Under the pieces are notes generated by a model that was not told the origin of the DNA, made no database searches, and saw nothing but the letters and a program-made list of their open reading frames with translations. Below, piece after piece: positions 26,335-40,193 of a stretch of DNA of 64,000 nt (positions are counted from its first letter, which is position 1; each line of letters opens with the position of its first letter). The translations under genes and the position numbers were made by a program. This DNA comes from Chiloscyllium plagiosum (lineage: Eukaryota), in NCBI RefSeq assembly GCF_004010195.1, contig NC_057718.1:17104770-17168769 (forward strand). Reading direction: 5' to 3'.

Positions 26335-27597
26335 AAAAAAAAAGAACTGTGGATGTTGGAAATCAGAAACAAGAACAGAAATTGCTGGAAAAAACTCAGC
26401 AGGTCTAGTAGCATTTGTGGAGAGAAAGCAGTGTTAATGTTTTGGGTCCGGTGACTATTCATCAGAACCATCCGTGCTTTAAATCTCTATTGAGTTTTAA
26501 GAAGCTTTGTAGCTCAGGTTGAGGTTCTGGATGTAGGTTTGCTCGCTGAGCTGCAAGGTTCATTTCCAGACATTTTATCACTCTACTAGGTAACAAACAA
26601 AGCAGCATCAGAACATTATTTCAACGAGCCACCACACAATACAGCAAAAGGAACTACGCAGAGCAGAGGAAAATCACCTACACCGTATATTCAAAAAGAA
26701 TGGGTACCCAATGAACACAGTCCACAGATTTCTCAGCAACAAAACCCCAACAAGCAGACAAAACAGATCCAGAAACCCTAGCCACTCTCCCCTACATCAA
26801 AGACATTTCAGAAATGACTGCCAGACTACTCAGACCCCTTGGCATCATGGTAGCCCACAAACCCACCAACACACTAAAACAGCAGCTAATGAACTTGAAA
26901 GACCCTATACAGACAACAAGCAAAACTAATGCTGTGCAAGAACTAAATCAAACACTACATTGTCAAACAGACAGAAAACTATCCACCAGGATACATACAA
27001 GCAAAACTAATGTCATTTATAAAATACCGTGCAAGAACTGAATCAAACACTACCTTGTCAAACAGACAGAAAACTATCCACCAGGATACATGAACACCAA
27101 CTAACCACAAAACCTCTCTCACTAGTATCCTTACATACAGATAAGGAAGGACACCAGTTTGACTGGGACAACACATCCATCCTAGGGCAAGCCAGAGACA
27201 CGCACGAAAATTCCTAGAAGCGTGGCATTCCAGCCGGAACTCTATCAACAAACACATCGAGTTAGACACCATCTACGACCTCCTGAGAAAAATAACAGGA
27301 AATGACATCACCACAGGAAATTGCATCACCACAGTTACTGACATCACCAACCCGAAGAAACCCAGACATATAAATAGAACGCAGGAATCATCAACAGTTC
27401 TTCACCCGGAGGCCCACTGAAAATGTTACCTAGTAGTGTGACGAAATGTCTGGAAATAAACCTTCCACCTCAGCAAGCAAACCTACATCTAGTATATCTC
27501 TATAACTATCTTCATTCAATCCAAAATGTTAACTCTGCTTTCCCTGTGCAGATGCTGCCAGACCTGCTGAGTTTTTCCAGCAATTTCTGTTTTTGTA
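26335..27597. mobile_element. PLE-derived inverted-repeat element whose arms (26335-26468, 27520-27597) flank the Penelope above
   Basis: 'acagaaattgctggaaaaaactcagcaggtct' versus 'agacctgctgagtttttccagcaatttctgt'. Same family at ~29330-29460, 33110-33200, 36905-37005, 38050-38200. Confidence 0.7.
26500..27490 (+). mobile_element. Penelope-like element: inverted terminal repeat + RT-thumb/GIY-YIG fragment + 3' terminal repeat
   Basis: KKNGYPMNTV, LPYIKDISEMTARLLRPLGI.VAHKP, NVIYKIPCKN, QTDRKLSTRIHEH, GHQFDWDNTSIL, FLEAWHS..SINKHIEL. 26530-26595 is the reverse complement of 27425-27490. Confidence 0.92.
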
Positions 27598-28939
27598 CCG
27601 AAGTGAAGTCTTTTCTATAACCTGTCTGATGTTAATTGGAATGATCAATACCGGATACTCATCCCAGATGGTGAAGATGTAATTTTATCCTGGAGCATTT
27701 TAATCTTAAACGATATTATTCTGGATGCCAGACACAAGTCGCCTTTTAAAGTTTCAGGTCAGAAATCTGTCATCTGTTCTTAATAACCCTTTGAGGTGGA
27801 TTATGTATGCTGTTCAAATATTCAAGGTGGTATAAATAGAAGCAATCGATTTGAGCAAACTTGTTACACTGTTTTGCAGTTATAGCATGTTGATCCAAAG
27901 CTTTGTGAGAGTCCAATTGGAACTGGTTCTACACATTAAATAAATATTACTTGCTTCCAGCAACCTGCCAGATGGCTGCTGGAACCCTTGTAATCACACC
28001 ACAAGACTTCCCAGCATAAGCAGTAATGGCATTTGCGTAAAACAAAATTCTGCTTACCAGGGAAGACCTGTTAAAGTCTCATTGAAGGGTCTCGGATATC
28101 ATCCAACCATTAAAGGATTAACTGACTAATCAGAATCAAATTGCAATAGCTGAAATAGTTACTGATCAATCATTCATAGTAGCTCCTATTTGTCAACAGT
28201 CACTGCAGAACTGCGCTGTAAATGTAATAGGAGTCAACAAATGCATCTGTAACGGAAGTGTCTTTAATGTAATATCCTTCAAGTTTAACCAAGTCAACGG
28301 GAATTTATGGTTTAAGCATTCCATTACTAAACAGCCAGTGTCATTCTTCCTGCTCCTTTCTGCAGAGGCAGCCTGTTTGAACCTGATGGGTGGAGGGAGG
28401 GGGGTATTAATGACATCTGTAAATAAAATACCTCTTCCACTTATTGAAGAGCCTGAAAAATTAACCTGCAATCCTGCAGGATGGGTGATGGCCTGGAGGT
28501 ATTGTTGCTTGACTATTAATCCAGAGATCCAGGAAATGTTCTGGGACCTGGGTTCAAAACATGCCTTGACAGATGGTGGAATTTGAATTCAGCAAAAACC
28601 TGGAAGGAAGAGTGTAATGATGGCAAATGTTGATCATTTGGTGAAAAACCTATCAGCTTTTCTAGGGAAAGAAACTGCTGACCTTATCTAGTCTATTCGA
28701 CATGTGACTCCAGACCTACAGCAATGTGGTGGACTCCAAACTACCCTTTGGGCTAATAAATTAAAAAAAATAAATCCCTGCAGCAAACCTTTCATCTATC
28801 CTCTTCACTGATGGGAAGTTATGAAAAGGAATACTGAGCTCTCATATGTTGGTGCCCAGTATCTGCGAGTGGCAGGTTAAAAAGGGCAGCTTACATTTAG
28901 CAAAGGAGCTGGTGTTAGTGAGGAAGGCAGTCTTGTGGG

Positions 28940-29250
28940 AGGGCATGGTAGCATCGTGGTTAGCACTACTGCCTCACAGCGCCAGGGACCCAGGTTCAAT
29001 TCCACCCTTGGGCAATTGTTTGTGTGGGTTTTCTCTAGGTGCTCTGGTTTCCTCCCACAACCCAAAGGTGTGCAGGTTATGTGGATTGGCCATGCTAAAT
29101 TACCCATACTGTGCAGGCTGTATGGATTAGCCATTGGAAATGCAAGGTTACAGGGATAGTGTGGAGGATGGGTCGAGTTGAGATGCTCTTCAGAGAGATG
29201 GTGTGGACTTGGTGGGCTAAATGCTCTGCTTCCACACTGTAAGGGATTCT
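28940..29250 (+). mobile_element. HE1 SINE (diverged)
   Basis: HE1 motifs. Confidence 0.8.
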
Positions 29251-29881
29251 TTACAGCAGGATGAACATTTTCCATGGAGTGGGTATTCATGTGATTATAA
29301 CTGGTGAGGGGAACACTAATCGTTGCAAAAAACCCAAAGGACTGCAGATGCTGGAAATCAGAAACAAAATGAGAAATTATTGGAAAAACCCAGCAGATCT
29401 GGCATCATCCGTGGAGAAAAGCAGAGTTAATATTTCATGTCCAGTGACCCAGCTTCAGAACAGAATGTTACACACGCTGAAGGCTGGGGGGGTGGAGGAG
29501 AGGATGGAGTGATGGGGGTGGGGGGCGGTGATGTTACACAAAAAGGGGAAAATCTGACAGGGCATTGGGCGGGGGGAGGGAAGGGCCCAACTAAGCTCCA
29601 TTAGAAGGAAGTGAGTATAGTAAAAGCTACAACCTGCTTTGATTATGGTGCCAAGACATAAAAAATGGATTGCAAGAAGAATCCATAAATATACAAACCA
29701 GCATAAAACATAGCAACAGATCGGTCAACCAGTCCATTGGCTTTTACCTCACACACGAGCGAATAGTTCTGATCACATTCTTCCACACTATTTTCACTTT
29801 TTGCATTATTCACCCTTATTTTGAATGTTGGCACAGTTTCTTTCTCACCCAGTAGCCCTGGAATTGAAGTAATCCTCAGAG

Positions 29882-30012
29882 ATTCCTGAAGAAGGGCTTA
29901 TGCCCGAAGCATCGATTCTCCTGCTCCTCGGTTGCTGCCTGGCCTGCTGCGCTTTTCCAGCACCACACTTTTCAACTATGGTCTCCAGCATCTGCAGTCC
30001 TCACTTTCTCCT
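29882..30012 (+). mobile_element. Solo PLE terminal repeat with degenerate hammerhead
   Basis: 14-bp TSD agtaa(t/c)cctcagag (29868-29881 / 30013-30026). CUGAAGA-AGGGC UUAU GCCC-GAAG. Confidence 0.8.
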
Positions 30013-30362
30013 AGTAACCCTCAGAGGGCATGGTAACATTTGTAGCAGCCACTGAGTTCCAGAGGGACATCCCATTGACATTTTACAGCCATACACCTAA
30101 TGAATGAAAAGAAAGAACTTGCATTTGTATAGCCCTTTCCATGACCTCAAGATATCCCAAAGGACTTTACAGCCAATGATGAGTTTTAGAAGTGTACTCA
30201 CTTTTGAAATGTAGCAAACATTGGCAAACAATTGATTTAGTGTGACAACTGTAGGATCCCACAGATAACACTGTTGGAATGACCAGATAATCTGTATAGC
30301 GGTATGGATTAGGGTAGTGCTGGAAAAGCACAGCAGGTCAGGCAGCATCCGAAGAGCAGGAA

Positions 30363-30398
30363 AATCGACGTTTCGGGCAAAAGCCCTTCATCAGGAAT
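30363..30398 (-). ncRNA. Minimal type I hammerhead motif, intact core, in PLE terminal-repeat fragment (30316-30398)
   Basis: Minus strand: AUUC-CUGAUGA-A-GGGC(UUUU)GCCC-GAA-ACGU-C-GAUU; GUC cleavage triplet. Confidence 0.72.
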
Positions 30399-32086
30399 GG
30401 AGGCCCAATCTTTTGTCTAATCTGTAAAACAGTGTTGATTGGGAAAGGAAGGCATGCATTTGTAGAGAACTTTTCATGACCACTAGATGTCTTTAACTAA
30501 TAAAACATTTTGGAAGTATAGCCACTGATTTAATGGGGGCCATTGGTGGATGGTGATTGATACACAATTAGCCCAGACACCACAGAGAATTACACTGCTC
30601 TGCCCGAAATGGTGACACATTGCCTTTTATGTCTTTTTAATTAGTGTTAAATAACATTGCAAATTATTCCTCAGAAAATGATTCTTTGTCTCTCTGAGCA
30701 TAACTCTGCGATTAAAGAGTTCATCAACAAGTGCCCGTGTGACATTTTGCAATTAACCGTGGATAGGAGTCTGGAGGAAATATTCATATATTCTACTCCA
30801 GCAGCCAAACATTCAGTCAAATGAAATCATGACTCCTCTGCTGAGCAGGAATGGATTTTATTGAAGGAGAGGATTTTTATACTGGTGCTGTTTTGAATGC
30901 AAAATTCAAACCCATCAGCTTGTTCATTCTGCTCAGTCAGCAGTCTGAGTGCCAACATGTATCTGATTATCAACCTCTGTGCTATAGCAGTAGGAAGGAG
31001 ACAGATCTCCCAGCTGACTTGTAAACGGGAAGGCTTATTGAGGGTCATTGTCACATTAATCTTGATAAATGTTCACCTTTTAGTTTGAGTCCAAGCAAGG
31101 CGGAATGAGAAAAGTCAGCCTACCACACATTTGTGTAAGTCTCACAGAGCTCAAATGTGAGATCTTACCCCATTATCTAGTTATTTCTGTGTCAAATATT
31201 GAGTGCAAAACTTATTTATGTTGCCTGTTTTAGTTTTGAAACTACTAACAGGTTATTCAGTGAATTAGGATAAATGTAACTAATTCGGGAGCATCGCTGA
31301 CAATGATATTAGGAAATGTGTCAGAGTTGGACAATCAACCCATTTAATTATAGAATCTTAACAGTGCAGATGGATACCTTGTGGCCACTGTGCCTTTTTT
31401 AAGCCTCTATCCATTTGAGGTTGGATCTTGGATAAAAGCAAAATAATGTAGATGCTGAAAAATTGGAACAAAACAAAAATGCTGGAGAAACTCAGCAGAG
31501 TAATTTTGTCTCTTTCCACATATGCAGCTGACTTTCTCCAACATTTTATCCTTTTTTATCCGGTTAAATTCATTCCTCTGTTCTTCCTCCTTAGCGCTGC
31601 AATTAACATTCCTTAAGTATTAATCCAAATTCTTCTTGAAATTCCTATTGAATTTACTTCCACTATCTTTTCACTCAGTGAATTCCAAATCGTGACAAGT
31701 CGTTACATTCAAAATAAAAAAAACCTCATCTCTCAATCTATCTCTTTTAACTTCCAAGCTTCAGCATTGAATTAAAATTCATCAATTTATCTGAAAACCC
31801 AAGCTCTACCTTTGCAGCATTCCATTCTTCTATCAGCAACATTTTAAAGAATGTTTTAAGAAGTGAATGAAGTGTCTTCTCACATTTCATTACTTGAGGT
31901 AAGGATTTGCTAGTCAAATGCTAAGGGCATGTGTGTCTTTCTAAAATGTTCAGTAACCATCTCAATGAGATGAAATAACTGTATTGTAGTCACATTTGCA
32001 GATAATTTAAGTCGACCAGCAAGTGTTGTGGATTTTTTTTTGTATAGTTTTATTCCTAAAGTGATGGGTGGGTTCAAGACTGACTG

Positions 32087-32190
32087 ATTCCTGATGAAGG
32101 GCTTTTGCCCAAAACGTCGACTTTGCTGAAGCTCCTCGATGCTGCCTGAATTGCTGTGCTCTTCCAGCACCATTGATCCAGAATCTGGTC
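32087..32190 (+). mobile_element. PLE terminal-repeat fragment, hammerhead with GAAA>AAAA
   Basis: attc-ctgatga-agggcttttgccc-aaaacgtcga. Confidence 0.75.
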
Positions 32191-32489
32191 AATGAGATAG
32201 CAGAATCAAGGACTGTTTTCCGGCTTGTATTTCTTCATAACCCTGTTTATTACATATTGAAACTAAATACCACAATGCATGGTATTCAGACCAGGCTATA
32301 ATGTTAGGTTACATTATTGGAACACTGTTCCATTTAATGTATATTCAGGTTTCAGCTATGCTATCCACGTGTTTGTCTCATCTCCTTAACTCGGCCCACA
32401 TTATGCTACTCATGCCCAGTTAAGGAGCAGCTCTGTGACATTGCTGCAATGTTGCTCCAGTGTACTAGAGCTCTCATATAGCGAGTGAT

Positions 32490-33365
32490 GTATAAAAATC
32501 TGAAAAGGGATATTGATAGGTTAAGTGAATGAGCAAAATTGTGGCAGAGTACAATGTGGGAAAGTATAAGATTGTTTATTTTGGCATGAAGAACGGAAAT
32601 GGGGGGACACTACAGAATGCTGCAATGCAGAGAGATCTGTATATCCTGGTACACCAGTCACAAAAGATTATCATTGAGGCACAGCAAGCAATTAGAAAGG
32701 TAAGTGAAATGTTGGCCTTTGGAGCATGGGCAATGGAGTATAGGGAAGTCTTGCTGCAGGAGTAAAATGCATTGTTGAGTCTGCAAGTGAAGGGCAATGT
32801 ACAGTTTGGTTTCCTTAAGGAAGATTATACTTGCTTTGGGAACAGTTCCAAGAAGATTCATGTAGCTAATTCCTGGACAAAAGAGTTATCTTATAAGGGA
32901 AAGTTGAGCAAATAAGGCCTATACTCATTGATATTTAGTAGGAGAGGCAGACAATTCAAACATATAGGATTCTGAGAGTGCTTGGCAGGGTAGATGCTGA
33001 GAGGATGTTTCCTCCCTTGGGATATCTAGAACTTGGGGTGGAGGCACAGTCGAAAGATAAAGATTCTCCAATTGAAGATGGAGATGACAACCAGGTCCTC
33101 CCATCAAAGACAAAAACAGAAATTGCTGGAAAAGTTCAGCAGGTCCGGCAGCATCTGTGGAGAGAAAGCAGAGTTAACGTTCCGGGTCTTCCTCAGAACA
33201 GCTATCAAAGGACTAATAGTGTTTAGTATTCTCTTCTACAAACAGCAGTGTAAGGCTGGATCATTGAATATATCCAAGGTTGAATTATACAGATTTATGA
33301 TTGACACAGAAGTCAAGAGTTGTGGAGTTAAGGCTGTAATCAGGTCATGGATGATCTTATCGAAG
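32490..33365 (+). mobile_element. CR1 LINE 3' fragment interrupted by a PLE repeat (~33105-33200)
   Basis: EYNVGKYKIVYFG, QRDLYILVHQS...AQQAIRKVSEMLAF. Confidence 0.8.
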
Positions 33366-33769
33366 GGGAGGCACCAGTTGGTGATGGTGGTGGTGGATGG
33401 AGGCTGTATGAATGTCTTGTGATCAGGTTGTCTTGATCCATGTATTGTCATATGTTTTTGAGTAGGTTGTTAAAAACTCCAATAGAATTGCCATAGGAAA
33501 TATTTTAAATATGAAAAGCTTGCACCTACTATTATATTTCTCTGCAATATCAGTGTGAGGCACTCAGATAATTGAATTATCAGTTACTGATTCCTTTGGG
33601 CTTCAACAAAATATTGACTCTCAAACCATTCGAGGTGATCCTGAAAATTTTCTTTCCAATCAATATCTGAAATTTCCATTATCCAAAAGTAAATTTTATA
33701 AACAATTTTACAATAAAAATCTGCACATTTCTCAGTCATGTGATCCCATTGAATTTGGTTTCTGTAGTC

Positions 33770-34232
33770 AAAAGAGAAAATGCTGGAAAATCTCAGCAGG
33801 TCTGGCAGCATCTGTAAGGAGAGAAAAGAGCTGACATTTCGAGTCTAATTGACCCTTTGTCAAAGCTGGGAGAAGGGTAGCAAAGGGGGAAGAGGAGAGG
33901 AAAAAGGTGATAAGGGAGAGGGGAGCGAGAGAAAGAGAGACAATCAAGAAATATGAGGTACAGAACAGTGAAAAAAATTTATTAAAAACGGTAAATAAAA
34001 TAAATGAAATAAAATTACGGAGCAGAATGAAAACAGAGGGGTTGAGATGGGATAATCATGTGAAGTTGTTGAATTCAATGTTGAGACCGGCAGGCTGTAA
34101 CGTGCCGAGTCGGAAAATGAGATGCTGTTCCTCCAGTTTGCGTTGAGCTTCACTGGAACATTGCAGCAGGCCAAGGACAGACATGTGGGCATGGGAGCAG
34201 GATTGTGTGTTGAAGTGGCAAGCCACGGGAAA
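33770..34232 (-). mobile_element. Penelope-like element 3' end (GIY-YIG C-terminus + terminal repeat)
   Basis: VACHFN...MSVLGLLQCSSEAQRKLEEQHLIFRLGTLQPAGLNIEF. Confidence 0.88.
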
Positions 34233-35687
34233 GTATGTAGCAAAAGGCATCAGCTTTTCCGTGAACCTTAGGCTTGAATGTGTTGGTTCAAATCATCAAC
34301 ACATGGACCGTAGTTTGGCAAAGTTAATGTGATTCAACCTAACGTCACTGGTATTCATTGTACAGTCTGCAACCAGAGAGACATAAATGTTTTAACATTA
34401 TTTCTGTTTTTGACAAGAAAGACATTCTATTAATATACACCTTTCATGGGCTCAGGATATCCCAAAATGCTTCAGCCCCATTTAATTAGGTATGGTTATG
34501 TTGGCAGACACTGCAGACAATGTGGAGAAAGTGAGGACTGCAGATTCTGGAGAGCAGGGTCAAGAGTGTGGTGCTGGAAAAGCACAGCAGGTCAGGCAGC
34601 ATCCAAGGAGCAGGAGAATCAACGTTTTGGGCAAGAGACCTTAGGGCACAACACTGCATACAATGTGCACATCTAACTAATAACAAGAGGTCAATGACAA
34701 ATTAGCCTATTTTGCTAATGTTGTTCAAGGGCTAAATGTTGACTAGGTCACCCTGAGAATGACTCTGCTTTTCTTCAGTTAGCGGAATAGACTTTTTAAT
34801 GTCCATCTGAACACAGGCTTTGATTTACGGTGAAATATGGCACCTGCAACAGTGCAGCACTGCCTATTCAGGGTCCTTGGTGTGTGACACCGTGCTACAT
34901 CGTTGTGAGTAGCACATAGACAACTGCATGTACTCCAAGCAAACGGCTAAGCTTTAAGTCAAAGAGGATTAACTCCTGGTCAAATCCAGGGAGATTCCCT
35001 TCAGTCAGGGAGTCCCAGCTCAGTAAGTCAGTGGCATCCTCCGATAATAGTTCAAGAACTTGGTCATGGTCAGGGGATCTGTACCTCTGCAGTCCCAATA
35101 ATAGGTCCCATCAACCCTGCGGGTCCAGAGCAACCAGTGTGGGGAGTTGCAGGAACGCAGTCGGGACCCGTACAGATATCACTCTGTAACAGGAGTCTGG
35201 TCACTCCTCATTCAGATTTGTCTGGCAAAGTCACTCATGGGGGAGGGCCACATTCAGTGGTGGCAGTCCATCCACTAAAGGTCAAATCAAGGGGAGGTTA
35301 TCAAGGTCTACTGGTGCAGGAGTGTAGCTAGGAAATTAATTGTGGGGATTGGAGGCAGAATGCTGAATGCAGAGAATTGCTCCAGTGTAGGAGCAACTCA
35401 ATATGTTCCCGGGGGGGGAGACATATTGAGGATCAAAGAAAAGTGGGTAATGCAGGAGGAGGGTCACTGACTGAAACCAGTACCCTAGCTTCAATGGCTG
35501 GGGGACAATGGTGTGTTCACTTGACATCCTTGGGGCTAGAGGGATGCTAAAGTGGGAAGATGGAGGTTTAGGTCAATGGGTTAGATGGGGACCTTAGCTG
35601 ATTCCAACCCCGGTGGGGATGACAGGGAGGGAATGTCTACATTTGGATGTTGACCATTTGTAAGAGGCTGAACTGGAGAATCACTGC

Positions 35688-36015
35688 TTAGATTAGATTA
35701 GATTAGATTAGATTACTTACAGTGTGGAAACAGGCCCTTCGGCCCAACAAGCCCACACCGACCCACCGAAGCGTAACCCACCCATTCCCGTACATTTACC
35801 CCTTTACCTAACACTACGGGCAATTTAGCATGGCCAATTCACCTGACCTGCACATCTTTGGACTGTGGGAGGAAACCGGAGCACCCGGAGGAAACCCACG
35901 CAGACACAGGGAGAATGTGCAAACTCCACACAGTCAGTCGCCTGAGTCGGGAATTGAACCCGGGTCTCTGGTGCTGTGAGGCAGCAATGCTAACCACTGT
36001 GCCACCGTGCCGCCC
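35688..36015 (-). mobile_element. HE1 SINE, young and full length, (TTAGA)n tail
   Basis: CpG-rich, very similar to 42929 and 63123 copies. Confidence 0.93.
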
Positions 36016-36904
36016 ACCACCTGCTGATTCCTTCCATCGTGCTGTAAACAACGAGGGTGCCTTGGAAATGGGGAACTGAGTTAAAGAAACAAAACTGGCT
36101 AATGGTGCGTAAAAACCTCACGGAGCGAAACCCTTCATAAAACTCACTGAAAAGTGCACATGTTTTGATTTTAATGTTTTGTTTACAGGCCCTGTCTCTT
36201 CCAATAAAGTTGCCTTCTTCATTTAAATGTTGTTTTTGAGTCATCTGTGTTGTGCTTCATTACCAACCATCCTCACAACATGTATTATACATGTGCCATC
36301 ATGTGATATGTCTGTAGTGTGGTGTCATGTGTCGTCCCTTATCCAAATCCTTAAAGTGGCACTCTGCAATACTGATGCTCAATCCATGTCAGAGTTATTC
36401 ATCATGACCACCATTGTGAGGAAAGGAGGTGGTACTCGAGGCAATTTCAATCTTTAAAAACAGAATTCCATGCCAGAGTTCTGAGAAGTAAAGACTTGTA
36501 CAGGATACAAAGCTCGGGTTTTTCATTTTTGCAAGCAATAAACCTACACTCTTCATCTCTTTGAAAACAAGGCCCAATTATTGACACAAGTTGACTTCCA
36601 TTTTGGAGTTTCAGGAGTGCTTACTGTAAGTGAGGTACAGAAACCATTGAGGATTAAAGGATGTCTATTATTCTACCCAAGTTCAGTGAAATTGCTATTC
36701 TTGTCTCTGCTTGTTTGGGTGAAAAGTACCTTAGGGAAGAAGGTTCATGTAACTGTACAATATTTACGCTATATTCTGTGATTTATTTTGCAAGTTATTT
36801 CAGCCAGATATGCGCAGTATAGTATTTCAACTTGTGTATTAGTTACCACACCTTGAATCCTACGTAGAGTTTCGGTCTCCTTATTTAAGGAAGGATATAA
36901 ATTG

Positions 36905-37800
36905 GAGACAAAATCAGAAATTGCTGGAAAGCTTCAGCAGACCTGGCAGCATCTCCGGAGAGAAAGCAGAGTTAATGTTTTGGGTACAGTGACCCTTCTT
37001 CAGAACTGATTGTAGCTAGGAAGCTGTTAGATTAGATTCCCTACAGTGTGGGAACAGGCCCTTCGGCCCAACAAATCCACACCGACCCTCCGAAGAGTCA
37101 CCCACCCAGTCCCATTTCCCTCTGACTAATGCACCTAACACTATGGGCAATTTAGCATGGCCAATTCACCTGACCTGCACATCTTTGGACTGTGGAAGGA
37201 AACCAGAGCACCTGAAGGAAGCCCACGCAGACATGGGGTGCAAACTCCACACACACCTGAGGCTGGAATCGAACCTGGGACCCTTGTGCTGTGAGACAGC
37301 AGTGCTAACCACTGAGCCAGCCTGCCACCCCACGGGTTGGGGAAGAAGTGCTAGAGAAGAAGTGGGCAGAGGGGAAAAAGAGTAAACAATAGGTCAAGAT
37401 GGAGCCCAGAGAGAGAAAAACACAGTTGGGCAGACAAAGAAATTGGTAAAGTTCAGCCTGAATAGCTGGGGATCATTAGTTGCTGACAATGGGCTGTTTG
37501 TTGTAGCAGCCCATACGATGGTAAGGCTGGACATGAAGGGGTTGTGGTAAGGACATGGGCAATTGTGGTCAGGCCCTAAAGTTATTGAACTTGATATTGA
37601 ATCCAGAAGGTTGGAGGGTTCCCAAGCAGAAAATGGAGTGCTGTTCTTCCATCTTGTGTTGAGTTTCGCTGGAGCACTGCAGCAAGCCTGAGGCAGAGAT
37701 GTTGGCCAGGGAACACAATGGTGTGCTGAAGTGGCAGGTAACTGGAAGCTCAGGGTCATTTTTGTGGACAGAATGTAGCTGTTCTACAATTGGTCGCCCA
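36905..37800 (-). mobile_element. Penelope-like 3' end with nested HE1 SINE (37027-37330, -)
   Basis: 37580-37745 is homologous to 34060-34225; terminal repeat at 36905-37005. Confidence 0.82.
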
Positions 37801-39989
37801 GTCAGATGGACGGATTCTTCTTAAACTGAGGAATTGAGGTTTATTGTGCATTGATGGAAATGTGGAATTCAAAACCCATGCTGCTCAGCCATATTTGTAT
37901 TGAGTAGCAAAGCATGGTCAAAGGGCCAGATGGTCTACATCTGCTCCTATTTAGCATGTGCATATGTTTTTTCTGGACAGGAAAACTTTAACATTGCTTC
38001 CTATGGGAAACCATGCTTCACTTAAAGTCAGAGAGTGCCAAAGAAGTTCAGCTGCAGCATCTGTGGAAAAAGAAACTGAGTTAATGTTTTAAGTCCAAAA
38101 AGGTTGTTCAAGGGAACTTAGTGGAACCTGAAGAAGGTTGCTGTGATTCTCTGGCACTTTGTGTTTTTCTTTCAGCTCTCCAGCATCTGCAGTACTTTGC
38201 CATTGCATCAGTTAAGGTTGTCTGCCTTAAAGTTGGGATTTTTAGGAACCCAACCACAATTTTAAGTGAGGATTTAGCGTATGTCACAAGATTTGAAAGA
38301 AATGGAAAATGGAAAACAAGCTGCATGATCTAAAGGATTTCTGTTACTTTTTATTAGCGCTTTCTGAATGTAATTTTGCTTTGAGATTGTGAAGTATATT
38401 TTGAGTAACTCTGTCTTTTCAAATTGACCAAGGTTTCATATTCACTCAAAGATGACTGTTGTGTTTTGCAGTGTAGGAGCATCATTATCCTACTGTAGTG
38501 GTGCCAGTACAAAATGCTTAATTACATATTTCAGTTTTCTTGCCCAGATAAAAATTGTGATTCTTCAAGGAGGTTGCAGAACTGTTCTGCCAGAGGATAA
38601 TTTAAGTGATGGATAGATATTGCCAGCTTATTTCATATTACTCATTCGCATTAGCTATGTTGAAACAGGAGAAAAGTGCTTTCTCTTCCAAGAAACCTGA
38701 ATTACTTATGTGATGGATGGTAAAATATTGTAGTGGCAAAGAGTGCAGAGCTCTCAATCATCACCAAATGTAGGATTAAACCTCCATTTGCAGTTACTCC
38801 TCTATGTTTTTAATCTTCCCCAAGAGATTTATTTTCCTCTCGAAAGCCCTGTGCTGTTCCAATTTCATCAAGGTCATTATTACAGAGAGGAACTTTCTGA
38901 AATCTTCTTACGGGCCAGTTAAACTTTTATTGTGATTAAATGCCTCCTACTCCGTTTTTAATAAAAATGGCAATTCCTACTCTCAAAGTTTTACTACGGG
39001 GTTTGAAATGCCATTTCACTAAAGGTTTTTTAGAACAGGGAGTGATTTCAATGATTAAACTTTTACGGATTGGAAGCCCCTTTGACTTCAACTGTCATTT
39101 TCAAAATTAATTCTCGATGCATTCTGTATCGTGCACAGCGGAGTAAGCATGTGTTGGATGTGGGTGTTACTGGAAAGCCAGCATTTAATAACAGAATATT
39201 TTTACTCAAGAAGAAGTCAAGAAGCGTGCTGACAAAGGAGAAAGTGCAATTCTGGGAGTCAATCAGCAATTTCAAGGAACCTGTTAAGAATCAGTTAGTT
39301 AGCTGTGGGTCTGGAGTCACGTATAGGGAAAATCAGGTGAAGATGGCCAATTTCCTGTCCTAAACGACGTTAGTGAACCAGATGAATTTTTCAATCTGGT
39401 GGTCTTGGTGCTATTGTTGATGCCACTTTGCTTTTGTTTCAGATTTATGTAGTTTATTGAATATAAAATCACCACATTTTTGAGCCTTCAACTCCAGATA
39501 ATCCATCTTTTAGATTACTATTCCAGTGAGATGATATGTTCATTTATATAGTGTTTGACATGTTCTGGACCTCGCTACAGCTCTGATCAGCTAAACAATT
39601 TCCGTTCCATTGCTATTGTACACATTTCCAAATACAAAATTGTTTTCTGTTCTGCAGAATTTCAGCCAACTGGGGTAATTCCCACTCAGTCCATTGTATA
39701 GAACTAATAGCATTCCATAGCTCTATGCAAACTCCCAATATGCAGAATTACAGTGAGCCAAAATGTCTGTATTTGCTCCCAATGTACAAAATTCTTAATC
39801 TTCCATCCGTAGGTTTATGCGTGAAACTCTATCCAAAGTGTAACATTTCCTGTTTGGCACGTGAAAGGATCCTGAGCCAGAAAATTCTCTGCTGCCTTTT
39901 CTGGAGTACTGGGGTCAGAGCAGATTCAGATCATTAGTTATAGCCCTAACACATCCTGAGTGCCGCTTCTGGGGACAGAGCATATGGTA

Positions 39990-40193
39990 CAGTCAGTTCT
40001 GCTGTAAGGCGGTCGTTCTGTACTCGTGCAATCCCATGTTATAAGAAAATGGTGTAATAGTACCACCATTTAAACTAATGAAGCCAGAATCACATTATAA
40101 CCAATACACACTTTAGAAGCATTGTTCCCAATTTATCAATTGCATAGTAGCGAATTCACATTAATGAAAAGCATGTGATAGCAGAACAACCTG
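39990..40193. mobile_element. Tc1/mariner (pogo/Tigger-type) MITE
   Basis: TA|CAGTCAGTTCTGCT ... AGCAGAACAACCTG|TA: imperfect TIRs, TA target duplication, no ORF. Confidence 0.7.
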
